DNA of 64,000 bases, taken from assembly GCA_013265495.1 (NCBI GenBank), contig MU058423.1, forward strand, positions 7,760,721-7,824,720, written 5' to 3'. The notes under the pieces are model-generated. The model was not told where the DNA came from. It ran no database searches and worked only from the letters and a program-made list of their open reading frames with translations. This DNA is from Vicugna vicugna. Taxonomy: Eukaryota. The position numbers and the translations under genes are program-made. Shown piece after piece: positions 24,096 to 35,313 of this stretch; position 1 is the stretch's first letter, and each line of letters begins with the position of its first letter.

Positions 24096-26069
24096 GGCCT
24101 TGTATTTTCTGCTACCTCCATTAGTTGTAAATAGAGCCATATGAGTTACTCCTTATCTCACCCTGAGAATCTCTGTGCCAGAAGGAAACATCAGAATGAC
24201 AGTAAAATTCTAAAACTCAATGGATTTTCTCAAGTTTTCTCTGTTAGAAAGTGGAAACGTGATTATGAATTTAAGTAAAAAGAAACACATATCCTGTGCA
24301 AATGTTACTGGCTAAATTGGCCAGTAAAATTTTCTCCCAGAAAAGGAAGACACAAGTAGATGAGGAGTCAGGATCTATTCCTCTCATTCTGTAGATCTTT
24401 ACCAAATTCAACGTGTGTTGTCATGCACAATAAAGGTCTATAATCCCACAAAAAGAGCCATCCTAGCAAACATAATGAACACACTTTTCGTTTGTTTGTT
24501 TGCACTGAATGACTCTATTTCCCAAGGCTTGCAGCTGGAAGTATTTTGGGTATGTTTAATTCCCACGGCAATGACCAAAGATGTGTTATTCTGGTCTAAC
24601 AATGCAAATGTTCCCATAAGAGCAAAGATTTCACTAAAGACTCTAAAGACAACCTTGAAATTAGTTGTGGCAGCTTCCTTTAATGTTCTCATTCACTTAT
24701 TCAAGAAATATTTATTAAGTGCCTTCAGAGAGGCAGGCACCGGGAAACACAACAGTGAACTAGACAGAAACAGAGCAGGGTTTACACCTTATCCTTCACA
24801 TGTCACTCTCTTTTTAGGATGGCTTACTACTAATTTTTTAAGGATATCATTTTCTAATTACTGAAGACATTCATATTCTTACACAAAATTCAAAAAAGAT
24901 ACAGCATAGAATAAAGATGTATCGTGCCATTCTCTGCAAAATCACCACCATGAATAGTCTGGCACGTGTTTTTTTCACTTTTTTAAATCTCTGTCTGTCT
25001 CTCTCTCTCTCTACATATATGCATACATATATCATTTTTTTCAAAAATGGCATTATACAATCCTTAATACTTAGCATAATGATTAAGTCATAGTAGTTAT
25101 TCAACATACTTTCTTTTAATACGTTTGCAGGCTCCAAATTAACTTGAATTTAAAAAAACAAAGGGGGTTGGGAACAAGACTTTAGGCTTTAAAAAAGCCA
25201 AAGAGCACTTACAAAGTCATGAAAAAAACAATTTTCCACAGAGCTGTCAGCTTTAATCTGATTATCTTCTTACCACATGGTCATTATGCCCCAAATCTTA
25301 AAAGGTGGACTGACTTTATCAAACAATGCTGCTTAAAGAAAATTTCCAGTGATGTGATAAATCTTCCCCCATATTGCCAAGAAATGTTTGAATGGATTAT
25401 TTTTCAAAGAAGGATTTTAAAAAAAACCCACTCTAGTTTAATAGGAAGCTGGTTCCTTTCAGTTTCATTCAAAAAAAAGTCAAAGCTCATTTTAGAAAAA
25501 AAAAATGCCATTTTATATCAAATCATTTCAGGCAGTTTTTACTTTTTTCCTCATAATTCCTCTCTAGGCCTTTACAGCATAGGGTTATCGAGGCCTGTCA
25601 TTTTTCAGTCCGTCTATTTTTATAAGAAGTGAAAGTCGTTATATGTAAAGAATGAAGACCATCCTTCCTTTTGAAATAAGGCTAAATAATTTTTAAAAGA
25701 TTCAAGCTAAGTGTGGCTCTCAAATGCTTTTCAATCCCAGGAAATGCCGTGGCAGTCACTTATCAACAGGCAACGTGATTACATTCTTTTCCAACCCTCA
25801 TTTTTCAGAAGGCAGTGCTAGAATTAAAGAAATTCCTTTTAAAAATGCAATAAAACAGTAAACTTTCTTTAAAGTTAGAAAACCTGTTTCAGTTTCCATT
25901 TTTTATGTTCTACCATACTTAAGAGACAATTATCTACCATATGTGAAATGTAAATGCCAGTTTTAAAACCCATCTTACAGGCTTTATAGACTCCTAAAGA
26001 CATCAGGAACGGTCGCAACTTATCCTACTATTTGAATTAGTGAAGAACCTCCAGGAGGTGACCAGGGAG

Positions 26070-26260
26070 GAGACCAGTACCTCCGATGTGTCAGTCACTT
26101 CACTCGGCGCTCTACTTATTTCATTTCATTTAAATCTGAGGTCCAACTTGAAATCAGAGTAATCAGGCCCAGTTTATGATGACTTGTCCAAAGTCACTAA
26201 GTGATTTAATTGCCTAAGTGAGATTTTTGACGGAGCCTTCTGTCTTAATACATAGCTCTT
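26070..26260 (-). mobile_element. MIR SINE, degraded
   Basis: 'tttcatttaaatct...gatgacttgtccaaagtcac'. Confidence 0.55.
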
Positions 26261-27419
26261 TCTGCTCCATCAGGCCTCCTTGTACCACTGACTGATCAAA
26301 GGCTTACATGAATATAGTGACAGGGTGAATAGAAACGATTTCGGGAACTGAGTCATACTGTCAAAGATAAGAGATTTAAGACACTAGATTTTGTCTGTGA
26401 TGGAGACTACCTTAATAGATACAGATTAGCCCTATTTTGGTACCATCTCAATTGCCATGAGGAGAAGGTTTATGACCAAACAGCTCACTGTGGTTGAATA
26501 CTATATGGCTTAATTAACTTAGGGCTTACAGCTAGAAATTTCTATTTTTTTTAATACTCAAGTTCAATTAAGCTAACCTAAAGCTTTAAATACTGAGCTA
26601 TTTATTATGAGCAAGATTATAGCATATTCACTACTTTAATCATTCAGATTCAAATTCAGACTCTGCCATTTCCTTGATTATTTCTCCCCTCACTTCTCTG
26701 CATCCTTGACACCTGGATCAGAGTGATTATCCTAAAGCATATGATTAAACATATTCACCAAATATTTACTGTCAAGACAGCAGAAGTAGAAAAGAGTCAG
26801 ATAATTAACTTAAAAACCTTTAGACTCTTAGGTCCTTCTAATAATTGACTCAATTGTTCTTTTTACTTTTCATGAATACTAAAAAATATATACATTTCAT
26901 TTGTTAGATTTAAATAGGATTTTTCCCTCAAGCTTCGCTAATCACATAAACTCTAAACAGATTTTACCCAGGCTCTATCACATTACTTCACTCATAGGAT
27001 GATCCGGCCTAAGAATACATTTCAGACATTCCTATTTTTAGGTTGCTCCGGATTCAGAAATGCTGAAGTGTTTTGAAATTCCTCTGCAGAATTTAGTGCA
27101 AAAATATAAGTTAAAAATAAGTAATTGCATTGAGATTATAAATACACAGATTTAAAAGGACATGACCACAAGAGACTCTTAAAAATATTTATAAATTCTA
27201 CGAAATCTCCTTATATTATATTCAGGAATAAATATTCAAAAGCAAAGGAACAGGCAAACAGAAAGGATATATCCTTGTGTAAATTTTAAAATTAGCATTC
27301 ATCGGGGCAATGAGGTTAAAGTCAGTCATTCTACAGAAATCTGTCTAAGAAATAAAGGGCACTGTCTCTTGCATAAGATTACCAGGCATCCAGAAAATGC
27401 CTGGACAGAATCCTCCGAG

Positions 27420-27655
27420 ATTCGTGGTTAAGCCATAGGGCTCTCTAGTCACGTTGCTCGGATAACATTCAGGCTTTACACTTACAAGTTTGGGCCAGTT
27501 ACTTTCAGAGCTGCAGTTTCATCACTTGTAAACTGGGAGAAATGATAGCAACTACTTCATAGGGTTTCTCTGAGGACTAAATGCCTTATTCAATCAATGT
27601 CAGCTGCTTGGAAAAGTGCCTTTCAAATCGTAACCCCTAAATATGTTAGCTATGA
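27420..27655 (+). mobile_element. MIR SINE
   Basis: 'gtggttaagccatagggctct...cagtttcatcacttgtaaactgggaga...cttcatagggtttctctgaggactaaatg'. Confidence 0.8.
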
Positions 27656-28184
27656 ATTTATTTCATTTCACAAATTACTCTTCACATTTTCACAGGTCTT
27701 GATTTAAAAGACCAATTCATATATCCACAGGCACATCTGATGTATCTGAGGGAAACATAACCCAGAAAACAACCCATTTTTAAGGTGGAGTAGGGCTTTC
27801 ATTATAGGAATTTTAGTATCTCTTATTTCTCTTACTTTACAGAAGACAAATACAAGGGATCCCTGATAGCTATCCATGGGGATAATTGGTTCTAAATGGC
27901 TCCAGGACAGCCCATAGAAAGGACGGAAAAATGAGGAGGTAAAGTCAAGCAGAGGAGTACCCCCATGAAGGGAAAGCCCGACCTGTCGTCTTAGACCTCA
28001 GCCACCCCAGGTCAGCTAGTATCAGGGAGGTGCTGCTCTTGAAAGTCAAGTCATTCAGTTCCACTTCAATCCTTACAAGAAGAAGGTCATCTGGAAACTA
28101 ATCGTATGTTTTTCAAAGCATGGGCTAGAATCAGATGAGTCTCAGTTTGAACCTTGACTCTGCCACATAATAAATTAAGAGCCT

Positions 28185-28276
28185 GGGGGTGGGGGAGGTG
28201 GTGTAGCTCAGTGGCAGAATGTGTGCTCAGCATGCACAAGGTGCTGGGCTCAATCCCCAGTATCTCCATTAAAAAA

Positions 28277-28319
<43 letters not shown>

Positions 28320-28321
28320 AT
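28185..28321 (+). mobile_element. tRNA-derived camelid SINE (vic-1 type) with (AAAT)n tail
   Basis: G-rich head, A box 'tagctcagtgg' (28204), B-box-like 'gggctcaatcccc' (28246), 'agtatctccattaaaaa', then a long AAAT array. Confidence 0.9.
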
Positions 28322-28324
28322 AGC

Positions 28325-28520
28325 CAGCCAATATTTATTAAGCACTTATTATGACTCAAGCACTTTACATGTATTAATTCATTTAATCCTAATAAAAATT
28401 AAAACAGCATTAAGATTAGTGAGACGTGAAGTAACTTGCCCCACGAACAAAACTGGTAGGAAGCGGAGGCTGGAATCACACCCAGGCGGGCTGACTGGGG
28501 AGACCAGGCCCTCTTGCACT
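28325..28520 (-). mobile_element. MIR SINE
   Basis: 'aatatttattaagcacttattatg...gcactttacatgtattaattcatttaatcct...gaagtaacttgccc'. Confidence 0.8.
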
Positions 28521-29834
28521 ACAAATGTATGCAGGGTTTTTAAAGTCTCTGAATGTCAGACTTGTTGCAGCAGTAAATTAGGTAACTCCTTTAATGCACT
28601 TATCATGCTCAATAAAACTGCGTTGTTTATCATCATTCCTTATGAAGAATTTACCCCACAGTGGTTGGATAGTAGAACCCTAAGGTTTGTTGACTTACTG
28701 GTCTCAAACGGAAATGAGCCTAAGTGCTCTCTGCTCCAAGCTTCTCTGGCGACTCTAGCATCAGTCCTCCCCACTAGGGGCTAAGTGTGAGCTTCTTCTC
28801 GGAGACACCGGCTCTAACTACACTTCCCTATTGTGGTTGCCCTCTCTCCAGCCCAGAGAACCTTTACATTGGAAGGAAACAAAGATCCTTGCAGCAAACT
28901 CTGTTCTTCCAAACGTTTCCTTTGCATCTGGAACTCAGATTGTATATCTCAGAATTAAGCATGTGACTTCTTTAGTCTCATTTGCTATAAGAAGTTTAAT
29001 TTGAATCAAAAAATCATCAGGTCCACCAGTCTTAAAAGAAGCTAATGAAATTTTAAAAAACTAGTATATATACAAATTTAAATAAAAATAGATTATTATC
29101 AATTATTTATCTGATATTTTAGTTATCATATATCTAATTTGAGGTCATATATTTTATTATGTTTTATTATTAACTCTTATTTTATAGTTTTCACTCAACA
29201 CTGAGCATCTCTAAAATCCATCTAAGTGTCTAAGTAGCTGAGCACCATGTTGAGAACAAGAAGAGCAGTAAAGGCATTCCTATCTGAGCATATGGAGAAT
29301 TCTTAATGGAGGTAGAGAAAGGTGAATTGTATGAACACCTTGATTAATAGAATACTGTGCATATAACAGTAGAAGCAATGGAAACACAAAGAAAACAAAC
29401 CATTGACAAAAAGGAAGGAACTGTAATGGTCTTCGGATGTTTAAGAAACTAAATAAACAAAACATACAAACAAAAGACAAGACTCATCCGATTGCTGTCA
29501 GATTAACAATGAGGAAGGGACCAGTAAAGGGTCTCTTGTTCACAGTAGCACCACGGGCACCTCTAAGGCTGGCTAACGCAAGAGCCCTGTGAGGAGCAGA
29601 AACGCACTTATCCCCCACCTCTAACACCTGGCAAGTGGGCCCCAATCGGAAAAATACATGCAAGCCATTGACTAGCTACCAATGCACAGACTATAAATTC
29701 CTTCAGAATCAGAGGCTAAATGTAAGCAGAAAAAGAACAAACCATCTGCATGTTTGCTTTTATTAGATTTTCCAAGTGAAAGAGGAAGTAGTAAACATTT
29801 TGACTTCACATTAAGTTTTGGACTAGCTATATTA

Positions 29835-31660
29835 ATCCATTTAACAAGCATTCACTGAATGCCTTCACTGTGCCAGGCTATTCTTAAAACTGCAAATATA
29901 AAACAGACAAATATTTCTGACCTCACAGAGTTTATCTTCTATGGAAAGGAGAGAGACACTAGAAAAAAATGCAAAAGATGTAAAATACTATACTGTGCTA
30001 ATTATTATGAAGAAAACTGAAATACAGGAAGAATAGGAAATACCAGATTAATGTAGAAACATTACTGTTTTAAATAGACAGTCAGGAAAAATTTTTATTA
30101 TTATTCAAATATAGTTCATTTACCATATTGTGTTAGTTTCAGGTGTACAGCATAGTGATTCAGTAATTTTTGCAGATTATAATCCACTATAGGTTATTAC
30201 AAGATACTGAGTATAATTCCCTATGCTATATAGTACATCCTTGTTGTTTATCTTTTTTCTATATAGTAGTTTGTATCTATGGAAATTCCTTTAAAAAACT
30301 AAAAATAGAACTACCATATGATCCAGCAATTTCACTCTTGGTATATATCTGGAAAAGACAAGAGCACTAATTTGAAAAGATAACTTAAAATGTTTATAGC
30401 AGCACTACTGATAATAGTAAAGACATAGAATAAACCCAAGTGCCTATCAACATTGATTGTATTAAGATGCAGTATATTTATAAAATGGAATATTACTCAG
30501 TCATAAAGAAGAAATATCATATATTATGAGCAACACTTAAAAAGGGGCTAAAAATTGTAGGAAGAAAGCCATGAAGATATCTTGAGGAAAAACATTCCAG
30601 AAGAAGAAAAAGAATGTGAAAATCTATGAGTTAGTACATCAGGAAGGCCAGTGAGACTCAATCATAAGTAAGCAAGAGTCATACCTCAAGTAGGTAACAG
30701 GGAACCAGAGAATGGAGAAGCTTATAGGCCATGGTAATGACTTTAATAATTTTTACTCAGAATGAGTTGGGAAAATTTTGTAAGATGTATGCAGATGAAT
30801 TAAACTATTTGACCTATATTTTTAAAGGATCACTATGTCTGTTGGTTGAAATTACACTCTAGCAAAGTAAATGTACAAATAGGGAGACCAATTAGGAAAT
30901 CATGGAAATAATCTAAGTGAGAGACAAGCATCCACAAGAATAGAGTTGCCATTTATTGAGACGAGGAAGATCACTCAAGCAGTTCTGCATTATTTCTGTG
31001 AGAGGAGGGGACAGACGTAAGAGATGCAGTTTGGGATATGCCAATAGCACAATGCCTGTGGAGATCCAGTAGGAGATATTAAATAGGGAATTTTGGTAAA
31101 TGAACTTGGAGCTCATGGAAGAGATCCAGACTAGAAATAAAATTTTAGGGGTAGACAGCATTTAAGTAATAGTCAAATCTCTGAGACTGGATAATCTCAC
31201 TTAGATATGAATAGAGGAGATACAGAAGAGTAAAAATCCAAAGACTGATTCCTGGGACAATCTACCATCAGAGTTCAGGGAATTGAAGAATAAAAACAAA
31301 GGAGGCTGAGAAGGACAGGATAGTGAGAGAGTAGGAAAAGCAAGATAGCTAAAGTTCTGGATGTCACATGAAGAAGATATTTCAAGGAAAAGAGAATGAT
31401 CATCTGCATCAAACGCTGTTGAAAATCATGTAAAATGGGGACTGAGATTTGACCTCTGACTTAGCACTGTGGTGATGGTTGGTGACTAACTAGAACGGTT
31501 TCTGTGGAGTAGTGGGAGCAGAACATGACTGAAATAGGTGAAGAGCAGAGTGGGAAGAGACAAATTAGAGATGGAAAGTTCAGAAAACGCTTTCAAGATA
31601 TTTTACTTTTAAGAGGATCAGAGAAATGGTCTGGTAAAGAGATGTAGAGTTAAAAGATCT
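29835..31660 (-). mobile_element. L2 LINE (~1.4 kb) interrupted by an L1
   Basis: Tail 'atccatttaacaagcattcactgaatgcc...tgtgccagg'. Resumes after the L1 at 'agccatgaagatatcttgaggaaaaacattccag' and continues to 'gagtgggaagagacaaattagaga'. Confidence 0.85.
30092..30515 (-). mobile_element. L1 insertion with inverted 5' part
   Basis: 30092-30278 is antisense L1 3' UTR ('gtgttagtttcaggtgtacagcatagtgattcag'). 30279-~30515 is sense ORF2 end ('aaaatagaactaccatatgatccagcaatttcactc', reading KIELPYDPAI). Confidence 0.85.
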
Positions 31661-32115
31661 TTATAGTTATTTAAAGATTAGATAACTTAATATATTAACA
31701 TTTCTTTCAAATCTAGTATTACTATTCAAATTGAGTTTTACAATTCATCACAAGGAACTAAATAATGATCAAATTAAGCTCCAATATCTGGCTGTGTTCG
31801 CTCTAATACTCTCTAATATTTTGCAAATAAAATTAAAGTACTTGGCATGTGACAGTGAACTGAAAATATACATGTAAGTCCACTACCTCTATACATTATC
31901 ACAAACTTCCTTCCTCCTTTTGAAACCCAAGACTGGAAATATTATTTGCCTATTTAACTGAATACGTTAAACTTCCAGTCTTACAATCTTCCCTATTAAT
32001 ATTTAAATGTTTTTGCATGAATAGATTAAGAAAACCTAAATACTGGATTTCTGAGTGTGTCAATGTCTACATCTAAAATATAAGAATTTAAATCTATTTA
32101 TCATGTTTAGCCATA

Positions 32116-32597
32116 TGCAGTAGGCAGATGTCCACATCCTCCTCCCCGGAACCTGTGAATATGTTACCTAATGTGGGTAAAGAACCCTTGCAGATGTAAT
32201 TAAGTTTAAGGTTTTGAGATGGAAAGATTATCCTGGATTATCCATGTGGGCTGAATTTAATCATAAGGGCCCTTATAAATGAAAAAGAGGCAGGAGAGTA
32301 AGAGAAGAAGCTGTGACAATGGAAGCAGAGGTTGGAGTGATGTGATGGCTGGCTTTGAAGAAGGGAAGGACCACAGGCCAAGGAACGCAGCCAACCTCTT
32401 GAAGCAGGAAAAGGCAGGGAAGCAGACTCTTTCCTAGAGCCTCTAGAAGGAGCACAGTGCTGTTAAGACCTGAATTTTACCTCCATGAGATCAATTTCAG
32501 ACCTCTAACTTATACAACTGTAGGATAACAAATGCTATTATCATTAAGTCACCAAGCTTGCGGTAGTTTGTTCCAGTAGCAATAGAAAACTAACATA
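32116..32597 (+). mobile_element. MLT1D (ERVL-MaLR) solo LTR
   Basis: 'ccccggaacctgtgaatatgttacct...gattatcctggattatcc...ctagagcctctagaagga...gcaatagaaaactaa'. 5-bp flanks ccata/ccatt. Confidence 0.92.
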
Positions 32598-33619
32598 CCA
32601 TTAGAGATCAGTACTTATCTAGATCCCCGAAAAAACTGTGAACCCCTTGAAATTATGCTCTGGTCTTGACCAGCCCTTTGTTTCTTACAGATCTCTATGT
32701 ATGGTACCTTGGCAAGATGTCCAAAAAAAGAAGGGTAATAACAATTTATCTATTTTTTTAAAAATAGATTTAAAATAGATATTTCAGAAAAATAGTTTTC
32801 TGAAAATAACTTTCCTAGTACTCACTAAAAAGTCTATCTTCATAAGCAATGCTGTATTCCATTTCAACCCTTCATTGCTGTATTGTCACTACAACAGATG
32901 ATACTGCAATTCAGGAACAGTACGAAACAGTCACTGAGATCTTAATTCTTGATTTAACTCTGAAATATACTAACCTCTCCTCTCATAACAGAATGCTGTA
33001 CCATCAAATTATCAACATAAATAACTGAAAATAAAATTGATTATTTTATATTTAACAAAGAATGCAAACATATTGTACCACCTTCCTGTTTATGATTCCT
33101 TTAGACATGTCATTCAGTACTGAATTGTTCTTAGCTCAGTGAAGCCATATTCTTCATAAGAAATCTAAAATGTATTAAAGTTTTCACTTGATCTTTTCCA
33201 GAATTCTGTGATGCCCCTGATATTGTAAAATCTAGTTTATATATTTAGTCTGTTCATGTGTCTTTTTTGCTATAGGCATACTTAGAATATACTCAGTAAC
33301 AGCTTAATATCTAACTCATAGTAGGTGCTTTATAATAAATCAATTACCCTGATCACTCAAACAGCCATAAAAACTCTTCAATATTAATGATTTATTTTTT
33401 AAAATAACACTCAGTCATGTATGCCAGTACAGATTCGATCCAATTTGGTGCCTTCAATATCTGTAAAAAATTAATGTAAAATATGAATAAAAATAATAGT
33501 CCTTAGGAATTAAAAGGTTTACCCATCAACAAAAACTCCAGTTGTTCTCAATACATTAAATTTAATAAGGCAGGAAATTTAAGTACGTATAGATTTCAAA
33601 AGTATTGTCAACATCATGA

Positions 33620-34215
33620 AAACTGAAAATTCAGCCAGTCAGAATGCCAATTCCCCAACTAGTGTCTCCATGTGATACTAACTCTCTGAGATTATCTCCA
33701 GGATTATAAAAAGAAAGAGACACTACACATACCTCAGAAGGATCAAGTGACAATTAAATGAAGTAATACCTTGGATGAAAGCTTGAACTTGGAAGTCAGA
33801 CCTCAATTTAAAATCAATCATGTCACCTCTCTGGGTCTCTGCACCCTCACCTGGAAGAGGAGGATGGCAATACCTATCTTTGAAAGTTTGTTTGGACTTT
33901 TATAAATAAGGCATGTCAAAGTATCCGACACAAAGTAAACACACAGTACTTAGTACATGGTAACTATTATGAGGAGGTGAACGTGATGGCCCAGAATAAA
34001 TGTTTTAAAAACATATTCACTATTATTTAAATTAGAAATATTGTTATCTGTGCATCACAATTTCCAGTTGTGTAACTGCCTAAGGCAGTTCAGCTTTTGT
34101 CTCAGTGTCCCACATATTCAGTAAGGATGGTAATAACCAGTCCTTTGAACCTCTCAGAGTTGCTGAAAGAATCAAATGAGGCATTACAAATGAAAGCGCT
34201 TTAAAAAGTGGTGTT
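33620..34215 (+). mobile_element. Cluster of three degraded MIR fragments
   Basis: Three successive MIR-core-like segments ending 'caattaaatgaagtaata', 'acacagtacttagtacatggtaactattat' and 'aatcaaatgaggcattacaaatgaaagcgcttt'. Confidence 0.6.
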
Positions 34216-35187
34216 ATTAATAGCTGTGCTAATACTCATAATAATTTAATAGTACAGATAAATCTGGCATTAATTCACAACTAGCATTAATTCACAATAA
34301 TGGGTCCTCTTACTGAGGACATTACAATGATCTATTTTCAGGATAGAAGGTTCCCAATGAATTGGCAAGTATATAGAAACAGACTTCTGAAAGGATGCCA
34401 AAGCTGGATTATCCTCAACTCTGTGTTTTTAGCTATAGGAAGTGAAATGATTCTACCTTGCAAAAATGATTACTTTCTTCTAATATTCATCAATTTCTAC
34501 ATGTTTTGATCATTTGCCAACTTCTTTTTGAGGAAGGGTTTTAAGCTATTTCTTAGAAGAAATACTGTATTTTGAGCTCTATCAAAATGATTATGTTCAT
34601 TAGGTTTTTCAAGAGTAGAGAATCAAGCTTTAAAAAAAAGCAAACATTTTAAGATAAAGTGCTTCATTGTTTCAATGGCATACTTCATCATTTACCTCAA
34701 AATAACCAGAACCTTCTTTATCAGTGCCTTTTACTAGTTTTAAAGATTCTTTGTTTTAGACAGTTCAGATCCTAACAGAATTATAGTGTAAAAATTATTC
34801 AAAGCAAATTTTCAAAAAGCTAAACTAGATATCATTTTTAAAAATTCCAGCTGGTTAAACGGAGGACATCAAAAAAAATTCAACTATTTTTTGTGCCCTG
34901 ATAGCAAAATGGCTCAGTTATACATAAAATATTGATATTTATTTATGTTTCTTGCCACTTGAAAATCAAACTGACTTTCTTTTATGCAACTTTGCATTTT
35001 GTATTTTAACATTCTATTAATTATCAAAAACATGTATTTTGTACATAGAATGCACACAGTATACCATATACAATTAGCCTGTATTATGTAATGTTGGTAT
35101 GTGCATAATTTTGGGGACTTTTAAAAAATTTAACATTTGCTGACTTTAGTAGGCCAAGTGAGAAATAAAATAAAGATTAAAAAGTAA

Positions 35188-35313
35188 GGGGAGGGTATAG
35201 CTCAGTGGTAGAGTGCATGCCTAGCATGCATGCTGGGTTCAACCCCCAGTACCTCCATTAAAAATAAATAAATAAGTAAATAAGTAAACCTAATTAATTT
35301 CCCCCCAAAAAAC
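35188..35313 (+). mobile_element. tRNA-derived camelid SINE (vic-1 type) with TSD
   Basis: 'ggggagggtatagctcagtggtagagtgcatgcctagcatgca..ctgggttcaacccccagtacctccatta', AAAT tail, then 'aaacctaattaatttcccccc'. TSD agattaaaaag at 35174-35184 and 35314-35324. Confidence 0.92.

Noticed and set aside
28191..28270. tRNA gene
   Set aside because: A/B boxes are present but followed by an A-rich tail, and a second similar copy with a TSD occurs at 35188; this is a SINE.
28771..28784. CTCF-like 'ccactaggggcta'
   Set aside because: One G short of the core, and the 3' end does not match.
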